Assembly: GCA_964016885.1 (NCBI GenBank)
Contig: OZ024741.1
Coordinates: 32,984,001-33,048,000, forward strand
Source: Eledone cirrhosa
Lineage: Eukaryota
DNA: 64,000 bases
Reading direction: 5' to 3'
The notes beneath the pieces were generated by a model, which had not been told where the DNA came from, did not search any database, and saw only the letters and a program-made list of their open reading frames with translations. Below are positions 12,918 through 29,250 of the stretch, one piece after another. Positions within the stretch are counted from its first letter, which is position 1. Every line of letters starts with the position of its first letter. A program made the position numbers and the translations under genes.

Positions 12918-13065
12918 TTACTCTTTTGCTCTTTCACTTGTTCCAGCCATCCGGCTGAGGCCATTCGGCTGAAGTCATCCGACTGAGGCCATCTGGCTAA
13001 GGCCATCCGGCTGAGGCCAACCGGCTGAAGCCATCCGGCTGAGGCCATTCTGGGGCACCGTCCTT
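12918..13065. repeat. SINE-related fragment with a tandem CCATCCGGCTGAGG unit of about 14 bp
   Basis: About 7 units between TTACTCTTTT...CTTGTT and GGGCACCG. Confidence 0.65.
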
Positions 13066-13857
13066 TAGTAAGTGAATCAGGGAAATATCAGATTAAATAG
13101 CTGATATATTAATTCTAAAATCTGTGATATATTTTTATACATACATATATATAAACATAATGGCATGAATTTTATATGTTTTCATATACATCTCTATCAC
13201 GGCCATCTAAAAAAAAAATCCTGCCAAATAAATGGGTGGCAGCAGTTCCAGCATCAAAAGACTGGTGTAGTGGTTCTGAGAACAATACGGCTTTGCAGAT
13301 GATCCTTGCAAATTGACAATGGTAAGGCGCTCCTGCTCGAGTTAGAAGACAACTATTGACCTTCAGCAGAAGCAGCGACTCCTGATTGTATTCAGCAACT
13401 GAAACAAATATGAAGTACACCAAATCCAATGATCCTAAGGGTGGCCCTGGTTATTCTTATTTACGAGTGTAAACTCGGCCAGATTAAATTAGATACTATC
13501 ACGCTGGAATTCTGTTTACTGTTGCCGCCAATTAGATATAATAAGCCAAGTTAGCACTATATGCAAATAAACTCTTCCAATCAAAGTTTTCTCCTTTGCT
13601 ATATGCAAATGAGCATCTCCAACAAGTGGTCATCACACAAAATTCTATATATACTATAATCTATTTCATTCCAGTATGTTCTGAGCGAATGTCAGTGATG
13701 AAAGATTAACAAATCTTGAAACAGCATTATCTGACATTCTCAGAATATACTGGTAACTAGGTGATGTATTCATAGATTAAAATAAAGAAAAAGAAATTTC
13801 TTTTTTCGTTTTATTACGAGAAGAAATATGAGCTTATTATATATATTTATGTTTTCA

Positions 13858-13964
<107 letters not shown>

Positions 13965-14055
13965 GGAGGGATAGGGGGGTATTAAAACGTATATAATACG
14001 TTCATATACAATAAGGTAGCCTCGTTGCCGACGAAAAATATTTATCAGTACGTAT

Positions 14056-14269
<214 letters not shown>

Positions 14270-14379
14270 ATATATATATATATATAAACATATATATATA
14301 TATATATATGTAGATAAATCTACCAAGAGTTTACGGTAGTGTCCAGTCCGTATGAAGAACTCAATGTATTCCGGATATC

Positions 14380-16856
14380 ATGGAAAGAAGAAATGTAATG
14401 AAAAATCACTTGTCCATCATCCATATCACAATGGAAAAACAATATTTAGGAACCTCTTTAAAAAACATACCAATACCTTCTAAGGATGACTTCTTACTCC
14501 TTATGATTCAGAAAACTAATAATTTTATCAGAAGGGTTAGATGGAGAGCCTACCATTTCGATAGAAAATCTAAACAAGCAGATCGGAAATATATGTATGA
14601 TTTCAATACTTACAAGAATCCACCACACAACTTTTTACTTGAAGACTTCGAGAAAGACCTTTTTAATTTAATTAAACACCTCAAATTTAAAAAGTATAAA
14701 TCCGTCTTTCAAAAGGACCTTGATTCTACCCTATTGGACCTAAAAAAGTCTAAAAAAATCCATGTCCACTCGGACAAAACTGGTAACTTGTATCATATGG
14801 ATATTGAACATTATAATGAGTTCATATATAAAGAACTCAGAAAAAATTATAAAAAATCTAATAATGCGTCACTCACCAACATCAACAACAAAACACACAA
14901 CATAGTAAAAAAACTAAACATTGAAGATAGAACTGAACCTTTGGCATTGAAAAGACCACACTTCAACCTGAAGGATCATAAATCAAATTTTAACTCAAAT
15001 CCTTCTATTAGACTTATATGTCCCTCCAAATCAGATATTGGAATAATTAGCAAAAAAATTTTGGATAGAGTCATCCCACAAATAAGAAAACACGTTATTT
15101 TACCACTCTGGGAAAACACCTCCCAGGTAATTAACTGGTTTAAAAATATTAGATGTAAATTCTTCTGCTTCATTTCTACAATTTGATATAGATAATTACT
15201 ATTCTTCTATATCACCTATACTCCTGAACAAAGCATTGATATTTGCTAAAAATAGATCTAACTTAACTTTGGATGACATTAATATTATTACACATGCTAG
15301 ACTAACACTTATTGAATTTCAGAATGAATACTGGACCAGAAACACATATAGTAATCTTTTTGATATTACTATGGGTTCAAGCGATTCCGCCCAAATTACT
15401 GATCTTGTGGGCCTCTTTCTCCTTTTCAACATAAATGCCTCCTTTCCCCACCTCAAAGGTGGTTTATATCGTGATGACTGTCTTCTTCTTTCTAACAACC
15501 TTAGCCTTTCAGAAATTGAAAAAAACAAAAAACATATTAGAACTTTCCTTAAAGACTATTATAATCTTAATATTACTTTTGAAAAAACAAGTAAAGTAGT
15601 AAATTTCCTAGATATAACTTTAGATTTAGCTACGGGTATCTACCAACCTTACCATAAACCAAACCAAAACTTACATTACATACACTCACAATCTAATCAC
15701 CCTAAATCTATCCTTAAAAACCTTGCATATAATATATCACTTAGAATTTCTAACCTTTCTTCTAACCAAGATGTATTTGATAAAAATGCGACCTTCTATA
15801 ACGAAGCTCTAGATAGAAGTGGCCACAAAAATAGATTAGAATATATACCTTCTACTAAAAATACTGAAAGCATACAACCTAATATTACCAACAAACACCA
15901 AATGAAAAGTACACACCTAAATGCCACCCACACTATACCCCAAAATACCAAATCTTCTAATATAAAGTATAGTAACTCTCAAAAAACTACTTATCATATT
16001 AATAAAACTCCTAATAAAAAGGATAAAACACCTAAATCTACAAATATAACTAAAAATGGTTGTGGTGAGTTCATTAACATTAATCCTCCTAGTAAAAATC
16101 ACGATACAACCTATAAAAATAATAAAAATAATAAACAACATAGAAACCGTAATAGACGGGTTACTTGGTATAATGCTCCATTTAATTTACAAATTAAGGA
16201 TAATATTGCTAAAAAAATTTTTTTATATCCTAGAGAAAAACTTCCCGCCAAACCACAAATACCATCAAATCTTAAATAGGTCTACAGTTAAATTCTCATA
16301 CTCTACAACAAATAACATAAAACAAAATATAAGTGCCTATAATGCATATAAATGTAAGAAAACCATAAGTATACCACCAGTACATCAAATTAACCATAAT
16401 ATCTCCTCAAATACAGAATTAACGAAAGGTTGTAACTGTAGAAACAAAGCAAACTGCCCATTAAAAGGGAATTGTCTTGTTAACAACATAGTCTATAAAT
16501 GTAATGTTAAAACTAAAGATTCTATTTGCTCATATATAGGAGCTACCTCTAGCAATTTTAAGACAAGGTTTAATACCCATAAGCATAGTTTTAAAAATGC
16601 CGCACTGGCTAATACAACATCTCTAGCAGAAAAAATCAATAGTTATAAAAATAAGAATATAGAATATGATTTGACCTGGAGTGTGCTCAAAAGAGCCACC
16701 CCTTATCAAAATAATAGAAATGAATGTAGATTATGTTCCCAAGAACTATTTGAAATAATGAAATCTAAGGATATCCTATTAAATAAACGACAGGAATTAA
16801 TTATATCGTGTAATCATAAACTAAAAAAAACATTTAAATATTATAAACCTAATTAA
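14380..16856 (+). CDS. PLE reverse transcriptase - GIY-YIG endonuclease polyprotein (about 810-825 aa) interrupted by two +1 frameshifts
   Basis: SLKNIPIPS..RRVRWRA N-terminus, SDKTGN, LKDHK, FLQFDIDNYYSSI, TMGS.DSAQ, LYRDD, VNFLD, SNHP, CNCR...CPL.GNCL, IVY..YIG, CRLC, LLNKR; shifts near 15143-15161 and 16211-16224. Confidence 0.92.
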
Positions 16857-17949
16857 TAACATTATTTTAGAAATTAATTTAATTTAATTGTTAGTTAACC
16901 TATAAATTTAATTTAATTAAAATTCTATTACAGATGAGAATATAAAATATTATGTAATCATAAATTGTGAAAAACCTTTAAATATTACTAATATATACTT
17001 AGTATTTTAATTTATAGATTAATTTTAATTTATTTAAACCTTTTATTATAATTTTTTTTTTTTTTATTATAATTCTTTTACAGATAAAATATAACAAAAT
17101 ATAGTGTATCCAATGACAGAGAAATAATTTTTAGTAATATAGACCTAATTAATATACATTTTAGAAATATATTTATAATTTGGTTTTAATTTTAATCAAC
17201 CTAAAAATTTAATTTAATTGGCTTAAAATTAATATCCTTATACAGACGAATTGCAGAATGTCATCTAATCATAGAATGGGATGTGTTTTGGATTTATACC
17301 TAGTTAATATATTCTTTGCAATTTTTGAAAAAATATGTATATGTATATGTGTATGTGTATGTATGTGCGTATGTATATGTGTATATATGTATATATATAT
17401 ATGTATATATATGTGTGTATATATATATGTGTATGTATATGTATATGTATATGTATTAATTTTGATTTCTATTTGCATATAATTATATTCTGCTATTGAT
17501 AAAATATAATATCTGTTTTATTTATTATATACCTAATTAACATATACTATAGAAATATATAATTTTTAATTTAATTAACCTATATTTTATATTCTACTAC
17601 CGATGTAATACTTTATTTGTTTTTTCCCTATTACTAAATTCATTTCCTAATATTGATACCATAAAGTTATTAACTTTAATTTAGTTATACTATAATTAAT
17701 ACTCTACTACTATTTAACTTCAAAATTCTGCTTCAAATATTATAAACCTAACTAATTTACACCTTAGAAATCAATATGTTAACTATCTTTAATTTAGTTA
17801 ACATATAATTAATGGTATACTTATTTATTTTGAATTGCATAAATTTTGCCTTATTCCTTGTTTATTGTATTTCCTAACACTGATACTATGTATAAACATA
17901 CATTGGATCTAGATACGGATAATATTCTATGTTTCTTGAAACATATATT

Positions 17950-18200
17950 TACTATAATCCCCTTCTCCAACCCCCCCCTTTCCCCCATACTATTATCATC
18001 TGTGTTTGTAAGCGTGTATGTATGAATATATATGTAGGTAGGTGTATATATATTTGGGTATTTATATCTGAATATAAAAATACATATATGCGCATGCAAA
18101 TAAGAATGTATGATTGTGTGTATATATATATGTGTGTGTATGTATGTATATATGTGTGTATATATGCATGTGTGTATATGTATGTGTATGTGTATGTCTG

Positions 18201-18267
<67 letters not shown>

Positions 18268-19215
18268 GTATATGTATATATATATATATGTGTGTGTATG
18301 TATGTATGTATATGTCTGTGTGTGTATATATATGTATGTCTCTCTATTTATATGTATATCTTCGTATCTATGTGGATATATGTGTGTGTGTGCATGTATA
18401 CACATATATGTATTTATGTGTATATGTGTGTATGTATATATATGTGTGTATGCACACACATGTATATGTGAATGTGTATATGTGTGTGTGTGTATATGTA
18501 TGTGTATATATGTATGTATATATATCTATGTGTGTTTATATGTCTATATTCATATGTGTGTGTGTATATATATATATATGTATATATATGTATGTATATA
18601 TATATATATATGTATGTGTATATATATATATATATTATTTATTATTATAATATAACTTATGTGTATGTGTATATGTGAGGGTGTGTATATGTATATGTAT
18701 GTGTATATATATGTGTAAAAAAATATATATGTGTGCATGTCTGTTTTTTATGTGTGTGTATTTATATATATATGTGTATATATTTATATATGTGGGTGTT
18801 TGTATGTGTATTTATGGTTGTATGTGTGTGTGGGTATATGTATATAAGTGTATGTGTGTACACACATATATATATATATATATATGTGTATATATATCTC
18901 TATTAATGTGTGTATATATGTATATGTATATGCCTTTTTCTTTGTATATCTGAGTTGGGTGAGGGTGTAGTGGTGTTTCTATGTATATACGCATATATGG
19001 ATGCGTTTGTATTGGTATATATGAGTATATGTAAGTGCGTATGTATGTATGTTTATATATCTAATTCTATGTATGAGTATATATGTGTGTATGTATGTTG
19101 TGTGTGTATGTATGTATATGTCTATGTGTGTATATATATATGTATGTATGTATGTGTATGTATCTATGTATATGTATGTATGTACATATATGTCTATGTA
19201 TGTGTGTATGTATGT

Positions 19216-19269
<54 letters not shown>

Positions 19270-19485
19270 TTATTTTTTTTATATATATGTGTGTGTGTGT
19301 ATGTGTGTGTGTGTGTGTATATATATCTTTGTATATGTGTATGTGTATGTTCGTGTAGGTGTATGTGTGTGTATGACTATATATGTATGTGTATGTGTGT
19401 ATGTGTGTGTATATATATCTATGTGTGTGTACATGTATGTATGTGTTTGTATGTGTATGTGTGTATGTGTATATGTATATGTATG

Positions 19486-19544
<59 letters not shown>

Positions 19545-19831
19545 GTTTCTCTATTTGTATATGTATATGTGTATGGGTATATACCTTTTTCTTTGTATGT
19601 CTGAGTTGTGTGAGAGTGTAGTGGTGTTTGTATGTATATACCGATATATAGATGCGTAAGTATTTGTCTGTATGTATGTATATATGTCTGTATGTATTTG
19701 TGTGTATATATAGGTATGTATGTGTATATCTGTATGTATATATGTATGTAAGTGTAGGTATATGTGTATGTATGTGTGTATATATATGTGTGTCTATATA
19801 GTATGTGTGATTATATGCGTATGTATGAGTG

Positions 19832-19908
<77 letters not shown>

Positions 19909-20120
19909 GTGTATTTATATGTATGTGTGTATTTGTATCTATGTGTGTATATGTATATGTTTATATATGTGTGTGTATGTTATGTTCTAAGTGTGGATGT
20001 GTGTATATGTATGTATGTGTTTGTATATGTGTATGTGTATATGTATATGTGTGTGTGTGTGTGTATGTATGTGTATGTATATATATATGTATGTATATAT
20101 ATATAAATATATATATATGT

Positions 20121-20160
<40 letters not shown>
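17950..20160. repeat. Compound (TA)/(TG)/(TATG) microsatellite field
   Basis: Direct inspection; internal duplication 18870-19010 / 19570-19660. Confidence 0.9.
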
Positions 20161-20163
<3 letters not shown>

Positions 20164-20823
20164 CTTGATATATTTTCTTGATATATTTCTTTTTTCTTTT
20201 TTCTTTTTTCTTTTTCTTTTCTTTCCTTTTTAATGTTTATTTATTATTTATTATTATTTTTTATTTTTTATTTTCTTAGTTTATAGATACATCTATATTA
20301 AGCAGGCAGCCCAAACCGTTGAATACTGACCTCTCCCCCCCCCTCCCACCTAATTTCTGTATCTTTATCTAAATGTGTGTGCCAGTGTTTATGTGAGTGA
20401 ATTAATATCCATGTGCTTGGGATTTTATATCCACATATATATATGTGAGTGGTGGTGTGTGTGTGTTTGTATGTTTGTAGTTTATGTGTATGTTTATGCA
20501 TATACGCGCGTGTATGTGTGATTGTACGGATATGTGTTAGTATGAAAATATGTGTATACACTTATTTCATATTTATGTATCTATACGCATCTTATCTGTG
20601 CATTATAAACTTACAGAGACATTAACCTTGAAATTTTGTATTTGCATCCATCCTTTTTGTATGAGTATACAGGTTGTGCATACATTTTTGTAAAATATGT
20701 GTAAGGGTTATTACATGTATATACACACACCGAACGGCATTAAACCTTTTGTATTTTCATTGGTCAATTTTGTTCCCAAACGGACCTGAAAGTTTGAATT
20801 GTTGTTATTATCAATAAATATAT

Positions 20824-20977
20824 TTCATTATTTCTGAAGACGGCGTATATATGTGTTGGTATGTATATTTAATCTTGATAGTTTGTATAATTTTGTATAA
20901 TTTTGTACATAGATCTGTTGAATATGCATGCCAACTCTAACACATATATATCCTAGAAACGATCGTTAAATAATGAA
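20824..20977 (+). ncRNA. Type I hammerhead ribozyme with about 115-nt stem II domain
   Basis: Perfect 10-bp stem I TTCATTATTT/AAATAATGAA, CTGAAGA, stem II TATATATGTGTTGG/CTAACACATATATA, GAAA, palindromic CGATCG, GTT cleavage triplet. Confidence 0.85.
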
Positions 20978-21022
20978 CTTTTTTTGTTTAATATAAGGAA
21001 TTGTTTATTCATTATTTGTTTA

Positions 21023-21081
<59 letters not shown>

Positions 21082-21109
21082 CATATATATATATATTTAT
21101 ATATATATA

Positions 21110-23037
<1,928 letters not shown>

Positions 23038-23064
23038 ATTGCCTGGAGACTTAGCTGAGAATAG

Positions 23065-23145
23065 ACTCCCTGATGACGCAATGAATTCTCGACAGTTTAT
23101 TACGTAACTGTTTTTATCCCATTGCAGAAACTAATTAGTTGGAGT
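23065..23145 (+). ncRNA. Type I hammerhead ribozyme
   Basis: ACTCC/GGAGT stem I, CTGATGA, GCAATG/CATTGC stem II with inner ACAGTT/AACTGT hairpin, GAAA, palindromic CTAATTAG, GTT. Confidence 0.85.
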
Positions 23146-23609
23146 GAAAATTTTAGTAAGTAAGTAAATTTTTTTTTTAAATGTTTAAAATGTTCTTATT
23201 TTACGTCTTTTATATTATTGTTCTGCATCCTCCTGCATTGAACCACCTAGGTACTATGACATAACCTGTGTATTTGCTAGCATTAGCGTACATCTGTACG
23301 CATATGTTAGTAGATATACTAAATTCTCTATATTTATCTCCAAATTACTTATTTGTTGAGCAAACCTGCCAAAACCACTACTAATTTATTGGTGTGCTAG
23401 TAGGCTTCTGTCATCTTACCATCCCACTCCTACCGACTAGCCTCAGTGTCACGTGATTGATTCTTTAGAATCGGCCATTTGACCACAGGCAGCGAGCTTT
23501 TCAGTGCATGGAATCCAGTCCCCGCTAGCTGTTCCATCTACCGAATTATTATTATTTTTATATGAGTCCCCAGTGTCCGCGCATTGCCTGGAGACTTAGC
23601 TGAGAATAG

Positions 23610-23690
23610 ACTCCCTGATGACGCAATGAATTCTCGACAGTTTATTACGTAACTGTCTTTATCCCATTGCAGAAACTAATTAGTTGGAGT
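23610..23690 (+). ncRNA. Type I hammerhead ribozyme (second copy)
   Basis: Identical fold, one loop substitution. Confidence 0.85.
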
Positions 23691-23709
23691 GAAAATTTTA
23701 GTAAGTTAA

Positions 23710-23740
<31 letters not shown>

Positions 23741-23753
23741 CTTATTTTACGTC

Positions 23754-23790
<37 letters not shown>

Positions 23791-23910
23791 TTTTATACAT
23801 ACATATATATAAACAATGGCATAAATTTATGTTTTCATATACATCTCTATCACGGCCATCATTATATATATATATGTATAGACATTATATATATATATTT
23901 ATATACATAC

Positions 23911-24011
<101 letters not shown>

Positions 24012-24016
24012 CATAC

Positions 24017-24067
<51 letters not shown>

Positions 24068-24081
24068 CATACATACATACA

Positions 24082-24162
<81 letters not shown>

Positions 24163-24672
24163 GCACACACTGATAGATAGATCGATTACATCTATTAAAT
24201 CCAATTTTCTGTCTAACACCTTCAACGTTCCCAAATAAAAAAGAAAGAGAAAGAAATTAATGAGAAATTTATTTTAAAGTAAGAATTATCGTACAAACAA
24301 AAACAGATAATATAAGAAGCAAATTCAATTATAGAAAAGCTAAAACTAAAAACAATGATATAAATTGATATTAGAGATATTCGTTGCCTGCAAAAAATAG
24401 TGTAATCTTACCTAGCTAAGCTAAGATATGTTTTATGGCCAGCATTTACGTATTTATCGATTTCTATTATGGTCATACGGATTTATAAACAATATTGTAA
24501 GACAAAAGATGGTAGATATACAGGATGTTGCCGCCAAAGGCATTTAGATGTATAATATAAAATATACATATATATGTATGTATATACTTACATGTACATA
24601 AATATACACATATAAATAAAAATGTATATGAACTTAAATATACATATATATATATATATATATATCATCATC

Positions 24673-25198
<526 letters not shown>

Positions 25199-25502
25199 TG
25201 TGTACATGATATATAGGGTTATAAAACGATATGTCTTATTTTTTTTATCACCATCGTCATCCGTTCGTACAGCAGTGGCATTGAAGAACAGTTTTCTAAA
25301 GTATACATCGGCTGATTAGCCTCATTTGGTACCAAACGATTTTACGGCTGGCTTTGCAGGAAATAAAAAACAAAATTTTTACTTCCTACCGTATTTGAAA
25401 GAAACATTGGTAAATCTATTACATAATGTAATCAAACCCTGTGATAATGTTTTTTTTAAAAACTGTGTGTGTGTGTGGGGGGGTGTATGTGTGTGTGTGT
25501 GG

Positions 25503-25593
<91 letters not shown>

Positions 25594-26522
25594 ATTTATA
25601 TAGCTCTGGTTGATAATTATTTATTTAAGTCATTCACTCATCAACCCACACCGTTGAAAGTAGCTAACCCTCATATATGTATCTGTGACTATGATTATAT
25701 ATGTCCTCTATGACTTTTATTCTATACTCCCTACGGTTGAGTAACCTTAGGCGGTAACTAACTGCTTCTTCACAACAATTCTACTTTGACTGCTAGGCAC
25801 GTGATGATTTTCACCCCTTTTGAATTCGTTACTGACGGCGATCAACTTGGAAATTTCCGTCCTAACTGAAGGAGTCTCTTGAAAAGCTTGGAGCCTCATG
25901 GATAATGCAACGATTAGACATTTGCACAAAGTACGAGCGAAACTATCGATAGTCGGGACTGGGAGAATGTTTCGTAACGTTTACCTATTTTTCTCTAAAA
26001 GGCTACAAAATAAATTCTCAAATACGAGCGCGAAAATTAATGAACTTGTTCACGTGACAATCATAATTTCATTTATAACCAATCAAATTACATTTTTAAA
26101 AAAAAGCTTGCGTGAGCCACATTTTTTAAGTAAAAAGAAATTCAAACACAAACTGGCGCGAAAGCTGATGTCCTTATTCACGTGACTGCATCAACCAACG
26201 AAACTTCACTCATATATGAACCCCCCCCCCTTTGTTTGAAGAACTTTGTAAAATTACTTCTCTAAAAACCTATCATTTCGAGCCATTTTTTGCCATATAA
26301 AACAAGTAACATTCAAAGACCAACCAGATGTGAGAAAAACCACAGACCCTCCATCTCAACTCTACTTTTGAAAAGCCGAAGAACTGCGAAACCGGTAAAG
26401 GAACCAAATAAATATATATTTTTTTTAAAATAAGACTCCAGTTGCATTTTCGATTTCATCTGTTTTCCTTATACCTTCACTCGTGTAGGACACCTCGGTT
26501 ATTTCTCATTTTGTTAAAAAAA

Positions 26523-26570
<48 letters not shown>

Positions 26571-26613
26571 ATAAGAAACGGAGAATCAGTGGTTCGACGA
26601 ATTAGAATGTATT

Positions 26614-26697
26614 AGACATATTACAATCGTTTCTCGAGACACGATCGATGTGTTGATCGAACCTGACTCCGAAATTGCAAGATCCTCAGATACGTCT
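26614..26697 (-). ncRNA. Type I hammerhead ribozyme, extended stem II, canonical core
   Basis: AGACGTAT/ATATGTCT stem I, CTGAGGA, TCTTG/CGAGA, GAAA, CGATTG, GTA. Confidence 0.82.
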
Positions 26698-26751
26698 CGA
26701 TATTTCGAAGCAGAGTTTCCAAACGTTTGGAAACCCTCCTTCGGAAGATCG

Positions 26752-26848
26752 AGGCGTAACTGAGAATCTTGCGATTTCTGAGTCAGGTTCGATTATCGCA
26801 TCGATCGTGTCTCGAGCTGGTCGCCAGAGAAACGATTGTAATATGTCT
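26752..26848 (+). ncRNA. Type I hammerhead ribozyme, mutated core (CTGAGAA)
   Basis: Stem II TCTTGCGA/TCGCCAGA, GAAA CGATTG TA, stem I with one mismatch. Confidence 0.7.
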
Positions 26849-27285
26849 AATATATTCTAATTAGTCGAACCACTGATTCTCCGTTTCTTATGTGATATTA
26901 TACTCTGCTCTGAGTAAGAGCATCGAGTGATTAAACGGCCTACCGCATATGGACTCTTTAAGCATCCCACACCAATTATATATATATATATTTATGATAT
27001 TTCACCTGTGTATTTACAGGATCATCAGACAAGATTTATCTATGAAATAATTAAGCGTCTGGAAGTAAATACTGGTGTCAATATGATCGACAAAATCTCG
27101 TGATCCTTGCTGCCGTCTACTGACTGTAATCTGGAGAAATAAACAATAAAAAACAACTAATTGAATCTACATTCGAATGATATTTACATAGAGCCGGAGT
27201 ATTATTTCTACCAACTTGGTTTAGACTTAAGCATAGATTTTAACGAGCTTAATTCATTGTTTCTAGATAATTCTTTAGTGTCATA

Positions 27286-27424
27286 TCTTTTTATCTTAGC
27301 TTACAACGTAATACGTATCAACTTTTATCTTAGCTTACAACGTAATAAGTATCAACTTTTATGTTAGTTTACAACTTAATAAGTATCAACTTTTATGTTA
27401 GTTTACAACTTAATACGTATAAAC
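27286..27424. repeat. Tandem repeat of about 34 bp, 4 copies
   Basis: CTTTTATCTTAGCTTACAACGTAATACGTATCAA recurs. Confidence 0.85.
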
Positions 27425-27824
27425 CTCTGTGTCTATAAGCAACATTATCCTATGACTATCAACTATTTCGCTTATTTTTATTATGAAGACAATATAGTTG
27501 ATATAAGAATATTTCCACCTAATCCCTCCACTCTTTCTATTGATGTTGTGTTTGTTTGTTTTTGCTTTTGTTTTGTTTGGTTGTTGTTTTTTTTTTTGGG
27601 GGGGGGGTTGGGGGGGGGGGGGTATGGGGGGAATTGTTCGATAGAAACATTTTAAAGCAATCTATAAATAAATGATTGATATTGACAATTCTTGCTTTAA
27701 TTATATACTAATTCTGTGTCAATTATCGAATTCTTGGTATTGATATGCATATCACTGAAGGCTTCGAATTCTTCTTTAACATAAATATATATGTGTTGTC
27801 TTGTGTCTAAATCAGGAACCAACA

Positions 27825-28186
27825 TACAAGGGTCGTCTGAAAGGTTCATAGACTAAAAGGTTTATAGGCTGACCAAGATACTCTCATGGAATGACCAAAT
27901 GAGATTTATTTTTCAAAATAGTCCCTGGAAAGAAATAATTCAATTAATAATAACGAAGAGTTGAAATTAATGGATGCAAGATTTCACAGCTCTAGCATCA
28001 CTCCTTCATAGGCTGACCAAGATACTCTAATGGAATGACCAAATGTGGTTTATTTTTCAAAATAGTCTGTGGAAAGAAATAATTCAATTAATAATAACGA
28101 AGAGTTGAAATTAATGGATGCAAGATTTCACAGCTCTAGCATTACTCCTTCATAGTTAGCCTATGAACTTTTCAGCCGAGCCTTGT
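27825..28186 (-). mobile_element. Tc1/mariner-type MITE, two internal repeats
   Basis: Reverse-orientation homologue of 7272-8037. Confidence 0.75.
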
Positions 28187-28234
28187 TGGTATGTGTATCT
28201 GTGTGTTTGTGTCTGTGTGTGTGTGTACACGCTG

Positions 28235-28520
28235 TAGACGCATCATGGTCGAAAGATTAAGATGTTTGCTTCGCTATTATTAGGTCCTGAATTCAATCCC
28301 GTTTCGTAGGATTCTGAGCAAATGTTATTTACCATAGCAACGGAACGACCCACACCATCAGAGTGGAACTGAGTAGATGGGAGCTAACTGGAATTTCGTT
28401 GACTGGACTGTATCTGTAATTCAAATGACTCACCTCGTGACACAAGGTCTCGCGAGATATTCCCTGGGAGTTATGATATGGTTGACATATCGATAGAATG
28501 TTCAACTACTTACACATTAA
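28235..28520 (+). mobile_element. Old tRNA-headed SINE-like relic
   Basis: Degenerate A/B boxes (TGGTCGAAAG...GAATTCAATCCC); similar to 55055-55330. Confidence 0.4.
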
Positions 28521-28694
28521 TTTCACAAGTAGACTGGTCCATTTATAGAGTCGTCGAAACCGATAGAAGTACTTTCCACATGTGTTTGTGTTTGTGTGTT
28601 TGTGTGTGCGTGTGTGTGTGTGCGTGTGTGTTTTTGTGTGTGTGTCTGTCTTTGTGTATGTGTGTGTTTGTGTGTGTCTCTGTGTGTGTTTGTT

Positions 28695-28725
<31 letters not shown>

Positions 28726-29084
28726 GTGTGTCTATTTGTGTGTGTGTTTGCCAGTGTTTGTGCGTGTGCATAGGCGTGGCTGTGGTACTGTGGGTGTTGA
28801 ATATTTCCCAACATTTATTAATGATGCGTATATGTATATATATATGGGGGTTGCATGTGTATGCGTTTGTGGATGGATGCATGTGAATGCCTTGTGTGAT
28901 GTTCAACAACCCACCTAGCTTGATGTCATAACCTTCAAGATATCTCCCTATAGGTAGATATATTCACCTATTATGTATCCCATTACATTCTCTTAATTCA
29001 AAGTTGTTAATACTCTTTTGTATCGTTGTTACATCCTTTCTTTTTGTTTTGATGGATTTGCAGATTCGTTAGAGAATCAGTAAA

Positions 29085-29250
29085 AATACTCTTTATGGTT
29101 TGAATTTAAACCTCATCGAGGCCAGCTTCATCTTATTTCTTTCCAGGGTCGATAAATAAAATACCACTCAAGTACTGAGACCAATGTGATAGGCTATACT
29201 CCTCCCCACCAAAAGGATTCTCCTTGTGCTTGTTTCAGGAGAATTATTTT
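29085..29250 (+). mobile_element. Diverged SINE copy
   Basis: GGGTCGATAAATAAAATACCA core remnant. Confidence 0.55.

Larger units (their letters stand above)
14310..21028 (+). mobile_element. Near full-length Naiad-type Penelope-like retroelement with about 4 kb 3' UTR ending in an HHR-bearing pLTR
   Basis: RT+GIY-YIG ORF, (TA)n on both sides, same-strand HHR at 20824-20977; assignment of the whole 3' region to the element is inferred. Confidence 0.7.
23034..23760 (+). mobile_element. Retrozyme-like / tandem pLTR element, 545-bp period
   Basis: Direct repeats of about 180 bp at 23034 and 23579, each containing an HHR; (TA)n flanks; no ORF. Confidence 0.8.
26567..26977 (+). mobile_element. 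Palindromic pLTR-like element with two opposed HHRs and a unique 3' tail
   Basis: Imperfect inverted arms centred near 26725; tail related to 63462-63535. Confidence 0.75.

Noticed and set aside
13172-13429. 85-aa ORF with a plausible acceptor at 13399-13400
   Set aside because: No convincing donor, runs into a repeat also seen at 23795-23860, no recognisable protein; cannot support
15184-15186. TGA ending the first Naiad ORF as possible selenocysteine (some Naiads encode selenoproteins)
   Set aside because: The TGA is out of frame with the conserved FLQFDID motif; the reconstructed frame has no internal TGA
26806-26845. Apparent novel hammerhead with a shortened CUCGA core (also 44913-44951, 63372-63410)
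   Set aside because: A normal CUGANGA-type core with better stem I and stem II pairing lies about 50 nt upstream; CTCGAG is part of the stem II loop
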